NCBI GenBank assembly: GCA_976226885.1
Contig: OZ320317.1
Span: 78,120,001-78,184,000 of the forward strand
Direction of reading: 5' to 3'
Length of the DNA stretch: 64,000 bases
Source: Iphione sp. A-MEVVRFRX5
Lineage: Eukaryota
Part shown: positions 25,701 through 39,151 of the stretch, piece after piece
How the letters are laid out: the number at the start of each line of letters is the position of its first letter
Position numbering within the stretch: the first letter of the stretch is position 1
Notes under the pieces: generated by a model
The model's input: only the letters and a program-made list of their open reading frames with translations
Told to the model about the DNA's origin: nothing
Databases searched by the model: none
Position numbers and translations under genes: made by a program

Positions 25701-28700
25701 TATACATTTGTGTGTATATCAATATGCTTATAAGTTTCTCGTGAGCTCCGAGAATGCAAATGATGTCATGTGCATTAGCTAAACGTGGACCATGCTCCGT
25801 CAGGGGGCAACAAGCAGATCGGGCATTAACATTATAACCATTATATAAGTGTGTCGGTGTGTGCGCTTCTTTGAGATGCAAGAGCTACAAAAATCGTGCT
25901 TGTAAAGGTATATTTCTACAGAAACAAGTGCCTTCGGCGCCTGGACACACACACACACACACTTGTGATCCCCCTCCCACCCTGATGGCTCAAAGTCCAG
26001 ACTGCCATGCACCATGCATACACGTTTCTTCAGGCTGTGTTTACAAATCAGTGCAGTGATACATACACTGCAACCCCAGCCTGAAAAGATAGTCCAATGT
26101 AACATTAAGTTTTTACTTAAGTCACTCATAATCACAACAACACACACTACTTATCTTCTTTTGCAGTATCTCCATGGAATACCTAGGTAATTAAAATAAT
26201 TCAGCTGTAATAAATTGTACAGGGGTGAGATCTTCTCCACATAGCCGGACTTTTGGGCAACGTTTTATATAGGTAGTGTAAACAGTGTCCATGCCTCTCC
26301 CTGCATATAATCATGGTGTGCATGCTACTGTATGATCGATTATATATGTGGACTTATCGTTCTGAACTCTGCCCTCTGTGTGATTCCCAACGAAGCTGTG
26401 TATACTAGTCAGCACGCCACACATTACCATGGGAAGCACTGTCAACATGTCTGCCCTCCACCCTCCCTGATGCATGTGGAACGAGAAGAGCTATTCCGAT
26501 TCCGACGTGCCCCTTGCCGATACACCAACACCGACGTCAGCTAGGGAAGGAATGACGACAAAGAGTCGAAATCTATTTGCTCAGCTAATGCTAAGCTCCT
26601 CGCCCCTTCACATGCACGTAACATGTTAACGTCTGAGTTGCTCAGACGGGGAGGCCGACCTGCTTGCAGTGAAAGCAAAGCTAACCTTCCGCTCTGTTAT
26701 CCCCTGTAGTAATCCGACATGTACTTCTATAGCATCCCTTGATCTGTTTGGTAAGGACCAAAAGATAAATGCTATTGAACCTAGGTTTTCATATCTATGC
26801 GGATGTTTTTTTCATGGGCGCAAAGTAATGTTCGCTTAGCATAGTATATATAACTTGATGCGAATGATACAAGTACCATCCTGAGAGCTCATACTGCATG
26901 TTAATGTTATGCATTTGTCTCTCTATATAATAGACATACATTCTCGTTACCCCAACAAATTATCACTCCATGCCATGAGCAGCTTGGGACCATGGAGGCA
27001 TTTGAGCAACTTGATTATGTAGGCACCCAGAGACAGGAATTACTTTGCATAACCCCGAGGCATCATCAGCCACATGAACGTACCAGTGGGGTTGCACCTA
27101 GCGCAGACATTTGTTTAGGGAAATTTAGCTCTCCCAGACAAATCAACTGCGTCCATGCCTACCCTTCGGAGCTTTTGTGTATCACGGATGTTATACTGCT
27201 GTCTTTGTTCATCCTCATGACTTTTCGCTGGTTGATGTTGTTATCAGTCCCCATCGGCGTACTACAGAAAGCCTACTCTTCCAAACCAAACTGTGTCGTT
27301 GCTGTAATTTTAGTGTTCTGATTTTCCTTTTGTGGTCTATTTGTTAGTGTTACTAAAAGACTAGGCAAACATGCTGTGTACATACATGTATTTCCACGAT
27401 GCCCATCCTCTCAAACAGACGCGTACTAGTGTTTTAATACGGCGGCTTTACTTTATTCTTGGAGCAGCGTTTTCTGATATTACTAACAACCTTAACCGGC
27501 CGGGTGCGGTGTCTCAAGGCCCACTCTCGTAATCCGCTGTGATCCTGCTGCAGGCATGTTGCTGGATAATGTTGCTAATAGTCAGGGTCAGTCAACCTTC
27601 ACCCACACAGCCCCCTCTCCTGGTATGACGTGCATTAAATTACTATTAAATTGTCAGCCTGATTCATCATTGCGAATGGCGCCGGTCGATGTTGCTAAAA
27701 GTCTTGATTGGTCGGCCATAGTCCAGTAGAGCGGCCAGTCCACTGGTGTATTGGCTTTATATTCTCATAACCTGTCAAAGGATTCCCATATAGCCTCAGA
27801 TAGCTCATTACATCCCTGCTGCGTCTAGCTGTGGCCGGGCCTTTATATCGCCAACTAATCAAAGCCTAATGGCAGCTGCCTGTTTGCATTAACCTGTGTA
27901 GCTCACTGTGTGCTACTCCTGCCTGACTTCTGATGTCGGTCCCCTCAGATGCTTTCACTGGACGCCACTCCCCCTCCCGCGCGTACACACACACATACAC
28001 CCACACTTACCACCTTGCTGGAGTGTCAATCCGACGGCGGCTACTGGTTGTGTTTACCTTGGGGGGAACTATCGAACTGGTCCGCCGCTTTCTGCTATAG
28101 GGCGCTATATGTATTGTCCGCCTCACGCCCGTCCATTGGTGATGGATTTTTCCTAGGCAAGAGATGGACATCATCTATTGAGTAAAACGCTCTCCTTCGC
28201 GTGCGTATTCTAAAGCGCTAGTGAATCAATTTAATGGGGCACCTGTACACACCACGTACAGATACTTTCTATGCATCTTACAAAGTGGCAAGGTTGCCCA
28301 GATTATATGTGCTATTGCAGTCTTTCTCTCAAGTGGGACTACCATATACAGAGACCCTCTAGGTCAGATCCATCCGTTACCATCAACCATCGTACTTCTG
28401 GCCCAACCGGACAACTGGTCTTTTCAAACAGAGAGCTGCTTTTTACAGTGAAGGTCATTTTTTCTGGGCAGAGGCGGCTCTTGTTGAAGGATGGGAAGCA
28501 TTATTAACCGTGATAATCTCTTCTTTGATAGTACATTTATGTCACTAATCCCAGTGCTTCATCACTCAGCCTGCTATTGTTCCCCGCCATCTTGCAGGGG
28601 CTAGGCCCAACCAGCTTTGTATTAGTTCTCCCTCCTTCTGTTGATCATTTATGAGGGCCGTCAGAGTTTTGGGGTGTGGGGGCCAGGCAGCTCCTGCGAT

Positions 28701-31700
28701 AGTCGCCTGACCTACCACCACAGAGACCAATACTTAACAAAAGCCGCCCTGCATCTTTATTCCCTATTGGCGGCTGCCCGTCCGGCTGACTCACTATCAG
28801 AGTTTGCTGTTTGCCAGGGGGACAAAGGCGCCTGGGCGGCCACCATGACCGTTGACGGCTATCCCTCCCCACCCCCACCCCCAATCCTTCCAATACACGC
28901 CAGTCCACAATGGCCAGAGCTGGATGTATGAGATGAATAACATGCCCGCTGATCTCCCTTTCAGCTGAGGGACCCCATGGCTATCTGGCCGACACAGCCT
29001 GATATATGTGTGTGTGTGTGTGGTTTCTCATTGATTTTATATTGAATGGTATCTGTAGAGACTGTATAGATAGACTCTTTTAGATTCATGGGACAGGGAA
29101 AAGCATTGACCGCACAGTGTACAGCGGGTACGATAATAATATTCATAGAATGTAAGACACGAAAAGTCACGACTTTTCATCATTATCAACTATGTGCCTT
29201 CCCGGGGTAAGTGAATGTGTTTAATTTTTTTTGTATTTGTCTAGAAACGGATCCCATGAATTACAATGTTTCAATACCACTCGCCACCCTGTATAAACTA
29301 AAACAAATGATTTCAGAGATTTGATTATATCATTCAAATACTGTGTATTGTTCTTTTATCACGTCTTGGAAACACACAAATACTTTTCAGCACTTACACA
29401 GCCTGTACCTTTTCGGAGGGTATGACATACTAGCATTGCCCCGTGGATGATGTTAACCATACGCGGGTGCTAGTGCTATAATATGGTTTACAACTTCAAG
29501 TGCGATTTATGCCTTTTTTTGTTCTGATGATACCTTCCGGTATTTCGCCTTGGCGTAAACCAACAGCCCTTTATTAGCCTTTGCCTGGGCACATGTTTCG
29601 TATACTTTGTCCAAAAAGGCGTAGACTAATTGAAAGTGAGATTGATTTCAAATTATCTCTTATGTGGTTGTTTGAAATCTAATGGTTGTTTCTAGCACAC
29701 GATGTCTGAGGTGAATGTATAAAGTATTAGATCGACAGGAAAGTACCAATTAAATCGGGAATAATACGTTCCTGAATTGCTTTAATGTATTATGGTACAT
29801 TTTTTGTTTGATTGCGATTTGAATAGGACTGATATTTTGTGAAGCGCGTGCTTCCCAGGATAAAGGGGATGTGTACGAGTGATACATTAGGCGTTGTGAA
29901 CTTCAGTTTGACTCGCAAAGGCATTTTGTAGGATACAAAAGGATCTGCCATTCAGAAGCCAACAATAGACCCCATCCAATCCATCATGTTACCCTAACCG
30001 GAGTGCATCAGAATGAACACAGCTTTATTACTTGGAGCCTCTCTTCGTCTTACCTCACGCAGGCTCCATTCAACCTTCTCCTATATGTCCATAAACACAC
30101 AGTGTCGGGACTGACCAGTTCATAGTGAGAGTGCTTTATAAACCGATAGTTACATCGCGAAAACCCTCTAAATGTTAGGAGCCTTTAGAGTTCGCTACAA
30201 GCCTAACGGAGGCTCTCCTATGGCAAGGGATATTGCCATGTAGTATGGTGTAGGAACCTGTGAGGAAACATTTAAATGGCAGTTCGCGGCGATATGTATA
30301 AAGCACCAAAATTAATGTCCTTGACTAAATTACTGAAATTCCCAATTTCATATGATATGATGCACAGACAGTATTTTGATGAAGGTTTCCGATATTTATA
30401 TCCATATCTATGTGGTACCACCCCCAGCACAAATGGAATCCGTATATCAGCCACATAGGTCACCGGCCTATCCACAATGAATATGGTATAGTATACCTTT
30501 AGTCTAAACACAAACACCGCCAGGAGATAATTAGAACATTTAACAATAAGATTAAAGACTTTCCATGGCCTGGAGCACTTCATCTCCTCCGAAACGGGAT
30601 AGATTTTGTGCCATCAGATTTAAAAGCAACAAAGTCAGTCAACTCGAAACCAATGTATAGTAATAGAAGAGAGATTTTTTTTTAAAAAGGGACTACGTCC
30701 AATATGATATTAAATTTATATCGCCATTTAATATCACTTCCGAATATCAGGTGAAAATATCCACAGTAGCCCAATTGCTTTTATCCTATAATTCATGGCG
30801 AAGGACCACACTGATTAGTTCGCTTAGTGAAATTCGTCGCTGATGCAACTGCTTTACGAAGGCAATTTTCTTGGTCATTAGCCCGAGCAAAAGGCAAAGC
30901 CCCGGAGAAAATAAGATTTAGGTTTATCATACACTGCTAGCATCTCATCATTTTTGTTTCAACGAAACATAAACAGCGCGAGTCTAACATACTGTGTTTC
31001 AGCAGCAAGGGGGATTCAGGTCCTTGGTAAACCTTGCAATATGGTTCAGCCGTTCCAGGCATCAGCCGAGCCTTTAAGTAGCTTCCTAATCTGGCGTTGA
31101 GGAGAGTAAGTTTTGACGGTGTATCTCGCCTCGTGGCCAGACAGGCGTGGGAAATTGGTATTGGCAGCCGCCATGTCTTGTAAGGGAATGCGTCCCGTGA
31201 CAGCCCTTATAGGGAATAATGGTGAGGCCCCGAGGATCGGACATAGAGTGGTATGTCCAGACTGGCGTCATTGTTGTCCGCCCACCTCTGCCACTGGACA
31301 CAGCACGGTTGGCTGGTGGTAGTGCCCCTGGGGCCTCGGCTTTGGCAAGGCAGGATCTCGCGCCGAAGACAAATGGCAAAATAAGGTTTATTTCTAGGTT
31401 ACAGCTAGAATATAGGGCGACGCTGGTATCCAGGTCGACAGGAACGCAAAACCATGGCTTTCGTTTGTATGCTTCACGTGTATATGCGGATAAATAAAAT
31501 TTGTAATGAAATACTGTGTGTATTTGCACATTTTAAGGAACAGTTTGATGTAACCAGATTACTGCTATGGGGATATGGAACATCGCTTCCATGGCCAGGT
31601 GATATTGATCAAAGAGGTTTCCTTATTGGGTTTGTTCAAAATTAACTTTTCTCTATCACAAAGGAAGGACATCCTACCTAAATAGGCTTTACATATCGTG

Positions 31701-34700
31701 TTTGTCCGGAATCCCAAGGAGCAGAGAGAACGGCTTGATATTTGATCAGGTTTCCAGGAATAAAAATCTCATTAAACGTATAGCATTTATAGCAAAAGGT
31801 CCTGCATCTCCTTCGAGCCTACTCATAACATTTGCTAAAGGATTAGTCAAGATCCGAAGTACGTCCTTCTGTTTGAAATATTTAATGTTTCCGGGAGTAG
31901 TAAAAACCTCGGGTTGATATATGATGGAAATAGAAGGGGGGGGGGTTCTGTAGTCACCCTCAGCTCCAACATGGGTTCTTCTGATGTGACGGACTTATAG
32001 ACAGAGATAATGAGTTTTCAACTGTTCAGAGGTAAAAAGCATATTTTTCACGAGCTGACAGTTTGTGATTGTTCGTTTTGATATATGGAAGTTCAAACGG
32101 CCGTACACTGACTTGCACTGATCCATCCATGTAGAGGTTTTTAGGTCATGAAGGTCTAAGCCTGGGCCTTGGCCTCTTACGACAAGATGGACCTACTGTA
32201 GCCCAATCCCTCTATAATTTGTTGAAGAAGACACAGGTGCATAGACCTTGTCCCTTATACACCAAAACACCCAGAAACTTATCTAAAACGAGTCGGGGGC
32301 GGGGGCGGATGCAGCCCTGGGTATTCTCCTCTCCAGGCTTTCAGTAATGGGGTAATTTGCTAAATGAGTATGACATGAAGGACAAGCCAAGAAATAGCTT
32401 ACCGCCAATCATCTGATTATATACATGTAAACGAATACAAAACACAAGAGTTTGGTTAATAGCTATGGGGAGTCGTCTTGGAGTCTCAGGCAGTAACACT
32501 AGATAGTTAAAGGTGGCTAAGGATGCTGATATGCCTGCCAGACTCATTGGTCATCTACGTGGCTGAAATGTGGTCTAAAACGGACTAAAGACCAACAAGT
32601 GAGTTCCACCACTGGCTGCTGGAATCCAAGTTGTTTTTGAGCAGTGGCTGTCTGTGTGTGTGTGGACAAGGCGCACCAACACTACACGTGGTATAAGCAT
32701 CCCTCGGCAGTGGGTCCTGCTCCTGCTCTCAGGCAACTTAGGAGGGCCGGCCGTCACGCCTTACAAGCTGATGAATATTTATGAGTGTTTTGGCACCGGG
32801 TTGCAGCAGGGGGCACGGCACCAAATCGGGTGGAGAATTGGCCATGCTAATGGTTGGGTCCTAAGGTCGAGGGTGGATGTCAAGGGGACTGCGGCTGTGA
32901 GGAGGCGACTGCATATTGTCCACCAGGTTCGTGACAAGAATGGATGCCCATGGATCTAGTTTGATGTTGTGCTGACATTAGAAGGGACTGCAGGGGCCTG
33001 CTCTGATGGTCATTATCAATGACGCTGTTGCCATTGTTGAGAGATTTTATTCTGCCTGCTCCAGTTCAGAGACAGCCGGCGGACAAAAACAACCACCTAG
33101 AAACAACGTCGTGCAATGTAGGAACAACATGCACAACGAAGGAAATGTTTGACAAGCATTTGTCAAGTTCTGTGAAACAGCGATAAATGTTACCCAACTC
33201 AGATGTCGACGTCAGGGAAATGCTCTACCAAACAAGATTGTCGATGGTAATAGCGGTCCTCAGGAGCCCATTGGCTTCCTCTCACAGACTCACGCCGTCC
33301 CTCTGATGACTCCCCACTCAGTAATAGTCATATCGGTTGGCGCTCTCCCGCGGGTCGCCGCGATTGCTCAGGCGGAGTCGTCTGATGGTAGTCACATGAC
33401 CCCTAATGATGTGCTGCCCCCTCGTGGCGTGACCCTGAACCTTGGTGCAGGCCTACTGCAACCAATTGGTAGCGGTGGCCGGCCCCACTTCGTAGGCATG
33501 CGGACATGACGTGGAAGGGGCTGATTACGGTTGTCAGGTTAGTGGCGGGCCTTTCCCATACAGCCGCCAGCTGACAGGCCGTTGGTACCTTTTTTCACCT
33601 GTCTTGCTTCTTTTTTTCGTACCTCCTTCAGGTATCCGCCCTTCGCGGCGTTTCTTGGCTGAGTAACGTAGGCTTGGTCTCAATCTCCTGGAGGCAACTG
33701 GGAAATCTTGAGGCTCGGGGTAGTGATAGGTCATCACACCTATCCTATTTCTTCACCAATCTACTCAGCAACCAAACATAAAACACACGATGGCATAGAG
33801 AATGTTGTTCCTCATACACGCTCCTCTGTACTACGTAGTAAATGATACACATTAGATCTCATTGCGTTAAACTGTTCTCAGAACAGGTGACGATTAGAAG
33901 TTCCCTCGTAGCTGTAAACAAAATCATCAATCGTGGAACAGTATCTTGATACCGTTGACCTTCTGATAATGCACAGCATTTAAGGCTTCGGTTATCACTG
34001 TAAAAGAATATCCCAGAAGGGGTTTCCATTTCTCATAAAGTCTACTGAAGGCCCTTGTTAGGCCTCTTAGTGGTATTCGAGATCCCTTCCCAGCCCCCCC
34101 CCCTTCACACTCGCTACGAGGACTGTTTTCATCACCCTAACGCTGACATTTCTATTTTTTGACTGTATTTACGCTGGATATGTACAAACAAACAGTATAC
34201 ACGTGTTTGTCCCGTTTTGTAAGGCGTTATCCATAACTAATGGATGTGTTTAATAACAGTTGTAGATGTAGAGATGAAATGATCTGTGTTTCATTAAACA
34301 AATGATTGATGACTGATGGATGAGAGGATAAGCATCTGAGACAGATACTGATAAGGTGTTAACAGCGTTCATACCACATATTCGTCCCTGGTTAGTTTAC
34401 GGTTAAGAGAGGGCTCGTAGTCAGTGTCTCTCGAGGGCGGCCAGGGTCCAGGTCCAGAGTCACCTCGACATGTCATGTTGCAGGTAGTGGCAATTCCTGA
34501 GTGCAAGCTTATGACTTGCTAAGAAAGTTTATGTCGGCTTAGTGCTGCTACGTCCCCAGACATTCAGCTCGGGTAGGTGATGCGTCTGTGCACTCTGCCC
34601 AACTCTAACCACAGTTTTTTCCTGATTTTGGATGTTGATGCCTGCCTGATAGATGTCTGTTTGCATGTATGTCTGCCTGCCTAGTTTATGTGTGCATATA

Positions 34701-37700
34701 GTTCAGCTGTACTTTCGTGTGTCAGTACTTTTAACTCTATATCTTACGATGTATACTTTACATATGTATAATCAATGTGCATATGTAATAATATATGATA
34801 TTAGCAGACAGCAGTGTAATGTGAGAGGACTTGTGCAATGCTTCAGATATTACTGTCGCATGAATGCGTGAAAGCAAGTGGTGCGTATATAGGTGTAAAG
34901 AAAGGAAACGGGGGACTGTGTTTAGTAGTTGCACTGTTAATAAATAGTGCCCTGTACGGTCTGTGTTCCACGGCTTGTCATCACCGCGTTGTACGACGAA
35001 GCCTGTACAATGCAGTGGGAACAACGTTCTTGCTCTCTTACAGCTGTCCTCATCGGAATACCAGCGTAATGTTTCTACTCTGATGTCTTGTTTTCTGGTG
35101 TCATTATTTACTAGTTGTACTGAAGACGGGGTAACTGAACGACCCAAGTCGATTTTGTAGCGCTATCGCCAGGAAGTCGCGAAAGTCATCAATTATGGAT
35201 AGCCTCTTGCGAGATCTCGTTGCCTCTCGGCTGGGGCGTTTCACGCGAGATCACGCATAACCTTGCTGGAGACGAGGTTTGGTGAGTACTCACGCTGCGT
35301 GGGATGATTTGAGCTTTAAGGCCCAGGGGACGAAGTAGGGTTGACTTGGGCTCTATCCATTATTGTGGACGCCACTCTTCACTTGCTAAATCACAAACGT
35401 TGTGCACTCCGGGAGCATACATAACATAGCCATTCCCTTCATGGGGGCTGCTGATAAATAGTTGTCCAGGGCAAGTATCACATTCATCTCCTATAAAGTA
35501 GATCGCTCGATGGGGTGTGGCTCCAAAGGATAGGTTTCTCCTTTGTTTTGTATGAGATCATTAGAAAGAAAGTCAAGGGTCAGACAGAACACATTCCTTC
35601 AATGTAACGTTTCAATTCATATACATATATCCAGCCACGAACATTTTGGTATTTAAGTTTGGTGTCAAACTACGTAGGGTAAATACTGCGTATAAAATGT
35701 TTCAAGCAGAAATACACGTACTGCCCAACTCAAAAGTGAAAACAAGAGCCCACCTATACCATCCATGACGTTAGGGTTGATCTCCAACAAACATAGGCAG
35801 GATTAGAAAGAAATCTTGTGTGACGGTAATCCTTGCGTCACTGACCGTTTTATCGAAACTAAGTGTTGTACTCAGTGATGACATTGTATTATATCGCATC
35901 TTCATAATCATAACATCCGACAATGTTATAGTTAAACTGGTAAGAGATTGGAAGCACATACAGCAACAGCTACTGTACGATTACTCCAGTGTAAATAAAG
36001 ATCTAAAACAAGTCCTGGAAAAGGAAAGGCTTGGAAAGAGTGACCAATCCATTTATTCCCCTATAAATTCAGTGCCCTTCCCAGGTACTCTTTCAGATAT
36101 TTTATTCATCACTTGATTTCACATAGAGCGATTTGGGCGGATTATTGTGAAGACTGCGGATATAGACATAGAGAAAAATAACCAGTGTGAATGAAGAGCT
36201 GGGAACCCAAGAAAAGTCACATTTTTTAACCTTCCTGTCGCAAAAGAGAGCTGTCACATTATTGAATGTCCGTCGCACTTTTTTTTACGAAATGCGACAG
36301 ATTGCCCAGCTCTGGTATGTCGTCTGGCTTTCAGGAAAGAGATGATATCAGGTACATATTTGATGGTTATTTTAAGGATGTCTTCTGATGAAGTTGAGTA
36401 GTTCTCAGCCTCTAAGAGCAGCGCAAATCGTGTTGATGTCACGTTAGATTTAATCCTTGCCAACGTGCAGTTCTAGGCAGTTTTGGCGCCCACAACCGAC
36501 GTCCATGAGGAGTGGATATACCATGGCGCCGCCAGCCCCACTCCATATCCTGTAACAAGACACTAAAGCTGCAAGGCCCGCGATACGAAGACGAGGAAAG
36601 AATTACTCGCGCGCCATTATTTCCGTCTTCAGGCGCGACGTGGCGCAACAAAGGGAAACCCAGAGGCGTCACTTCCGGCTGCTTCAGTGGGGCACCAATG
36701 GGGAATTTTTCCGTGGGAGAGTAATTCTGCTTTTTGTTGTTTCCCCAAATACCGTCTTTATTTCCCATCGAACAGCTGTCTCGCGCCCACATGTTTCAAT
36801 ATGTTTAGTGTGTCCTAATGCCCGTTACCTCTGTTCAGTGATTTCTGATCACAAAACCCTAAAGGATGGAGATTTCATTCACATCGTGTGCATTACGCAC
36901 CACTGTATGTGATTTCTATCAGCAGGCAAATGCAACGACCGCTAACCGTACGATTCAAGTCCAGGATTGTTAAAGACTCTACCAGCTGTGAATTACTACG
37001 TTAGGGGGAGGAAAACCCCCTGTAAGTTATTTTTATGGCTCCCTCTAGTTGTATTTTATTCATTCTGTCGGTCGACTCAATTATAGAGAGGGTGGTCATG
37101 CAGTCGGGTGCAGCTGATGATGCCTTCAAGCAGTGTTTCCTGATAATCGAATGCATGTTGATTGGTAATTAGTACAGCACATAGGCAGAGACAAAGACAG
37201 CCCTCGGTAGAAGGAGAACATTCGAGAAGGGAGCAGCTCACGTTTAGAAATCTAGGTATCAAAACATAGCAGAGAACCAAAGGACAGTGGCACAGAAACA
37301 ATAACATAATCTCAGTACCCCAAAAGATAGTGAAGTACTATACAGACAAATAGCTGGATGTCAGCAAAATCGACATCAGAATAGGGGCAAATAGATGGAT
37401 ACAGAAGTGATAGAACAACATCTAGGCCCCCTCTCAGTACGAGAGACCGGGCAGGTACAAAGCGAATGCTAATCTATGTTTTATCAAGGCAAAAAACAAT
37501 GATATAATATGAACGCAGTACGCAGAGCGGTGGGCCCTGTCATCAACACCCTGACCCTCTTTCCCTTCTCCCGTCGTCATGTCCTAGCCTTATCAGTCCA
37601 GCTCGCCTGATATCATGCAGTCATCTTCAGCAAGCATACAAGCATACCGAACACCAGTACCCCAGACTCTCCCATTACTACCACTACCTCTACCACCGTC

Positions 37701-39119
37701 AGCCATATCACCTAACACAACACTACACAATACCATCTACAACTGGACCCAACCATCAACACTAAAGCATAGCTCAACACACCTCTACCACATCGCCATC
37801 TGACATCATGGCAACCACTCATATTTTAGGGGAAAAGGATACTTAACTACACAATTCACCGATCGCCTCCTCACGTAAACAATGTCAGAATGACGCTACA
37901 AAAGTTGCTAAAATGGGTAGTAATGGTGTATTGTTTTATGTTTTACCACTGATACTCTGTTGATCTGTCGTAGCCTCACATTAAAACAACGTCATCCCTA
38001 CCTGTTTCACCAACTGTTCCGTGCATCATTCTGTGTTAGTATTACCTGTTTTGGCGATTGGTCGATTACCGTTACTGCCAACAGGCAGTATCCTGCAAGA
38101 CCGCTAACACCGCTCGAAACCATGAAGAAGCAAATGAAAACATCACTATCACCACCACAATCAATCAACTAACACCAATATCCAGCTTCCATCGAAAACA
38201 CCCCCGAGAATATAACCCAAACGGCAACAGTCTACCACGAGTACCACTGCCTCCTCCGGAACCCTCACCTTAACAACCAATGGGTCTCCGTTCAGGAACA
38301 GCCATCTGCTCGGTGATCCATCCACACCATTTAGCACAATGACATGGTTCTGGGCGAGTGACGCCTGTCACGCTTGAACGAGCAGGACATAGAACAGACG
38401 ACGACAGGGGAACACAACGCGGCAAGGCACAAAGAGGGGGGGGGCGGTTAATCATGGGAATAGCTGACAATGGCCGTGTCGCTAGGTGAGCGCGATGGGG
38501 AAGAATTCTTTATTTTTTTTGCGTAGGTTAAGACCAGGGGAATGAGCAGACTGGATGAGAAAAACATTTGCAGGGAGCTAGCTTGCATTGCTTCCATTCG
38601 GAAGGACGTCGGATGTTTCAGGATTGCAACCTTCCGACGTGGCTAACAAATGGAAGCACCGACAACCCCCACCACTGCCGTATCTTCGCAATCACCTAAT
38701 GGACCGTCGTGCTGATTGCGCACAGACTCCCTTGGTCAGTTGCCACCTCGGCGGGGGATCAATGGATCCCCCCCCCCCACTACTAGCAAGATGCAGGATG
38801 TGGTTATTTGCTCATCGGTCCAGTTTTAACGTTAAACTCTTCATATTGTGTAGGCTTTCACTTATTATTTCTCAATCGTTATTAGCTAAGTAATAGTTTG
38901 TACTCTCGAACGAGGCAGTTAATTCAATTTTAAACGTAAACTCTAAATGAAATTTCTACCGAGAAAGAAATCCTGTCGGTCTTTCTGTGTGACTGTTTCC
39001 GTAGAGTCGATTTTCCCTCCCTCTCCCTTCTCGTTTTCTTCCTCCCTCTATCTCCCTTCTCGCTTTCCCATTCCCCTTCGCATCCTTTGCCATCCCCCTC
39101 TGTCTCTCTCTCTCAGTCA

Positions 39120-39151
<32 letters not shown>

